Origin: an uncultured archaeon
Lineage (GTDB): Archaea; EX4484-52; JAADEF01
Reading direction: 5' to 3'
Assembly (NCBI GenBank): GCA_964407715.1
Contig: CAYOWP010000004.1
Coordinates: forward strand, 18,355-82,354
DNA: 64,000 nucleotides
Below, piece after piece: positions 60,804 to 64,000 of the stretch. Made by a program: the position numbers and the translations under genes. Position 1 is the stretch's first letter; each line of letters opens with the position of its first letter. The notes beneath the pieces were generated by a model. That model searched no databases, had not been told where the DNA came from, and was given only the letters and a program-made list of their open reading frames with translations.

Positions 60804-61829
60804 ATGGAGTGGTTAAAGCATCAATATAAAGAATTAAGGAATACTCAAGGTGTTGAGGATATAGGAAGAAGGGATTTCTTAATATTCATGAGTAACATGC
60901 TTAAAGGTTTACTTGCTTATGAATTTATTAAAACTTTAAATAAATATGGATTAGCTTATGCCAAAGAAAATTGTGGATGTATAGTTGCATGGGATGATCC
61001 CTATTATATGAAGGCAATTGAGATTATAACAATAACAGGATTGAATAATTATATTAACAAAGTTTTTAAGGAAATGATATTAAATAAGAACCCTCTTAAT
61101 CTCCAAAGTAAAGATTGGAGTTCATATAAGGGAGCATGGTATTACATAGGAAACGATAAAGAACTTATAAGAGATAGATGGTATTTCATCATAGAAAAGA
61201 TATTTAACACAACAAATCCGGTATTTGATAAAGAAAGAAGTATTGTATTACCATCTAAATATGGGTGGATCAATCAAAAAACAGGTAAAAAGTTTGTATG
61301 GTCTTTTTCTTTACCTTATTCTGATTTCAAGGTATTTATAGAGGGAATGAGTTTTCCATTTATTGAGTATGTATTTGAAGGACATAAAGGAAAGAAATTT
61401 CCTGCAATATTTGATTTGCAGAAAGAGATTTTTGAAATAGAGGAAATTTTTTATGTTGCATATCACGGAACAAAGGAGATTCATCCTATAGAAAACATAT
61501 CAAAAAAGAAAGTGTTTAATCCAATAGCCATACATAACCTTTATTACAAATATAAAGAAAACGAAGATAAAATACAATATTTAGAGGCTTCTTTAATATA
61601 TGATTTTCCTCCAATATATGATATAGTAAAAAGAACATATGGCTATCTTTGTCCAATCATCACCATAGAAAAAACAAAAGAAGAAGTAAAAAAGATTTCA
61701 TTAAAAGTAGGATATGCAGAAAGAAAGGAAAATAGTGAAAAAATAGTTGTATTAAGTTCTGGAACTGAGCCAAAAAGCAATACAATTTCAATTTTAGTCG
61801 AGCAAAAAAGGAATCTCTTTTCTTTTTAG
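60804..61829 (+). CDS. Hypothetical protein with twin-arginine-like motif
   Basis: GRRDFL..AYA N-terminus; no family recognised. Confidence 0.55.
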   Translation: MEWLKHQYKELRNTQGVEDIGRRDFLIFMSNMLKGLLAYEFIKTLNKYGLAYAKENCGCIVAWDDPYYMKAIEIITITGLNNYINKVFKEMILNKNPLNLQSKDWSSYKGAWYYIGNDKELIRDRWYFIIEKIFNTTNPVFDKERSIVLPSKYGWINQKTGKKFVWSFSLPYSDFKVFIEGMSFPFIEYVFEGHKGKKFPAIFDLQKEIFEIEEIFYVAYHGTKEIHPIENISKKKVFNPIAIHNLYYKYKENEDKIQYLEASLIYDFPPIYDIVKRTYGYLCPIITIEKTKEEVKKISLKVGYAERKENSEKIVVLSSGTEPKSNTISILVEQKRNLFSF

Positions 61830-62465
61830 TTATAGTTTGATTTCTTTTTGAAAAAATTCTATAATCTCATAATAGTCTTTTCCATGATAATCCACATCAT
61901 GTTCTCCTATCTCATTATTTACACTTATTTTCAAATCTGCTAATTTCATCATTGGAATATCAAAATCACTGTCTCCTATAGCTATTACCTTCTTAGGAGC
62001 GTATTTCCATATTAGATTCTTAAGAATATCTCTCTTATGCTCTGGTTTTATCATTGTCTCTATTCCCACAACATAGCCCTCTTTATCATACCTAAAAGAT
62101 ACGCAATGATAGGAATCAAAATTTAGTTGTCTTGCTATTTTTCTTGCTCTTTCTAAGATTCCCGAGGAAATTATGGTAAGATAAACCTTCTCTTTTACTT
62201 TCTCTCTAAGAAAGGAGATAAAATCCTCAATTCCTTCAATTAGTGAATAGGATGCCATAATTCTCTGTACTTCTTCTTTATTAAGATTATTCTTTCTAAA
62301 TATAGCAATTAGTTTTTCTATCCATTCCTCGTAGGAGATTTCCCCATTATAATATCTTTGTTTAAGTCGCTTACTTATCTTTTCATCCCCATATTCTTTA
62401 ACTAAATCATACCAAGAAGAGCTATACGTTAAAGTACCATCCATATCAAATGCAAATAAATACAT
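61830..62465 (-). CDS. HAD-superfamily phosphatase (SerB-like)
   Basis: FDMDGTL, ISSG, K, IGDSDFD. Confidence 0.88.
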   Translation of the reverse strand: MYLFAFDMDGTLTYSSSWYDLVKEYGDEKISKRLKQRYYNGEISYEEWIEKLIAIFRKNNLNKEEVQRIMASYSLIEGIEDFISFLREKVKEKVYLTIISSGILERARKIARQLNFDSYHCVSFRYDKEGYVVGIETMIKPEHKRDILKNLIWKYAPKKVIAIGDSDFDIPMMKLADLKISVNNEIGEHDVDYHGKDYYEIIEFFQKEIKL

Positions 62466-62593
62466 AATCTTATAGTATCTTAGAGTATTTTAAAAATTTA
62501 ATGGGGATTAGCATACCATATCCAAAATCGTGATATATTAATATATCAAGATATGGAAAGTAATATAAATATTATTGTTTTAACAATATCTCT

Positions 62594-62881
62594 ATGGAGA
62601 TATTAAAATTTAAAAATTATGTAAAAATAAAAGATAAGTTTAACACAGATATTGCTGTATCTCGGCTATTTGCAAAAGAAGTGGTGGATAGTGTTGATAT
62701 AAATAAACCTGTCGTCATTGACATGGAAGGTATAAAAATGATAACAAGATCTTTTATAGATGAAATAGTAGCACTCACAAATAATAATGTAAAATTTATA
62801 AATGTCGCTTCTTATCTTAAATGTTTCTTTGATTTTGAGGAAAAGATAATAGGTAAAAAAATAAAGGTTGAATATATATGA
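62594..62881 (+). CDS. STAS-like (DUF4325-type) protein
   Basis: VVIDMEGIKMITRSFIDEI. Confidence 0.75.
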   Translation: MEILKFKNYVKIKDKFNTDIAVSRLFAKEVVDSVDINKPVVIDMEGIKMITRSFIDEIVALTNNNVKFINVASYLKCFFDFEEKIIGKKIKVEYI

Positions 62882-63675
62882 TTTTTCTTTATGAAGATGA
62901 TAGCTTCAAAAGACAAATAAAAAGATTAGAAGAGATTATTGCTTCTAATATTAAAAAATATAAAGAATCTTTTTCTCCTATAATAATCTCTTCATATTTA
63001 ATAATGAAAGAAATCTCTCCTATCTCTCCTGAGGTTAAAAAATATTTTTCAACTAAGAAGATATTTATACGGGAATATGAAGTTTTCACTACAGAAATAA
63101 ACCAAGAACTGAACAAATACATTCAAAATGAAATAGAATCATATTTAGGTGCGTTAAACCCAAATATATTAAACTTATTAGGAATAAGTGTTAGTGAGAT
63201 AATAGAGAACATACAACAACATGCTTTTTCTACAAAAGTAGTAGCAATTTGTCAAAATTATAGATTAAAAGGAATATTTGATATTGTTATTTATGATAAT
63301 GGTATCGGCTTTAAGAAATCTTTGGAAAATGCCGGAATTAAAGTAAAAGATGATGTTGAGGCTTTATTGAAGGTTATTAATGAAAAGGTATCTTCCAAAA
63401 AAGATAAATTAAGAGAGAGGGCATATGGATTATCACAATATTTTGGATTGATATATAACTATTTACATAAAAAGAATAATATAGTAGATGCGGGAATTAT
63501 AACAAACAATGCTGTTTTTATAGTATCGGAAAAAAAGGTTTATAAGATGAAGGGGGGAGTTGAAGGTACTCTTGTTTTTGCACGTGTAGATCTCCAAAAA
63601 ATAGGAGAAGAGGAGTATATAAATTTAGATGATGTGCTATATGAGGAGAAAGTGAGCTATGGTGGGATTATATAA
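62878..63675 (+). CDS. GHKL/HATPase_c domain protein (anti-sigma kinase-like)
   Basis: EIIENIQQHA (N box), DNGIG (G1), RAYGL (G2), GT. Confidence 0.8.
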   Translation: MIFLYEDDSFKRQIKRLEEIIASNIKKYKESFSPIIISSYLIMKEISPISPEVKKYFSTKKIFIREYEVFTTEINQELNKYIQNEIESYLGALNPNILNLLGISVSEIIENIQQHAFSTKVVAICQNYRLKGIFDIVIYDNGIGFKKSLENAGIKVKDDVEALLKVINEKVSSKKDKLRERAYGLSQYFGLIYNYLHKKNNIVDAGIITNNAVFIVSEKKVYKMKGGVEGTLVFARVDLQKIGEEEYINLDDVLYEEKVSYGGII

Positions 63676-63696
63676 AATAAAAATTATCTTTTTCTC

Positions 63697-63751
63697 GCCC
63701 GGGTGTAAGTGTAGGGCAGCCGTTAATGGCTACCCCACCTCACATCCCAGG
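63697..63751 (-). ncRNA. Isolated GC-rich hairpin, candidate small structured RNA
   Basis: Minus strand CCTGGG-A-TGTGAG-GTG-GGGTAGCC...GGCTGCCC-TAC-A-CTTACA-CCCGGG pairs with several G:U. Confidence 0.4.
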
Positions 63752-64000
63752 AAGGGAGATAAAACAAACATGATAATAAAATATAATGTCTTGGATTTCT
63801 TTATAAAAATTTCTATATTGCAATATATATTTTAAAGAATATATAACCACATAGAAAAACATTAACATATCAAAAAGCAAAGTATATAAGTTTGAGAGAT
63901 TCTCGCAGAATTTTCCTCTCTTGTCAGTCTTTTAAGCAATTTCTAATGAAGATTATTTAATTTTAAAAAATTTATTTGTTTTTCAACCTCCGCACACCAT

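Overview
AT-rich archaeal chromosome segment, most consistent with a DPANN-type lineage (inferred from the archaeal informational genes, broken conserved operons, dense packing, and pilin-like and large surface proteins). Housekeeping genes: valS (partial), pfdA, aIF6, GAPN-like ALDH, DRG and YlqF GTPases, pyrE/pyrF, cdc48, rps2, Hsp20, Taw1, argS, fibrillarin, PCNA, ftsY, nop5, and four tRNAs (iMet, Arg-GCG, His-GTG, Glu-TTC). A 15-kb cell-surface cluster (glycosyltransferase, MinD, two large Ig-like surface proteins, class III signal-peptide proteins) ends in a membrane-anchored lytic-transglycosylase-like protein. An accessory block carries ZnuABC, UDG, MBL, MazG and Acr3. A complete type I-B CRISPR-Cas locus (20 repeats, 19 spacers) starts 1 nt after tRNA-Glu, and an orphan MNT nucleotidyltransferase plus a GmrSD-like DUF262/HNH nuclease sit inside its Cascade operon. 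The strongest unexplained signal is a dispersed non-coding repeat family at six intergenic loci. Its ~110-140 bp units are bounded by GGTTAACGGGAA/TTGTTAAGCGGAA-type inverted termini, contain internal GCTAACC..GGTTAGC palindromes, and occur as ~157-bp-period tandem arrays, as MITE-like monomers and as a nested mosaic. All calls come from motif recognition by eye; no searches were run.
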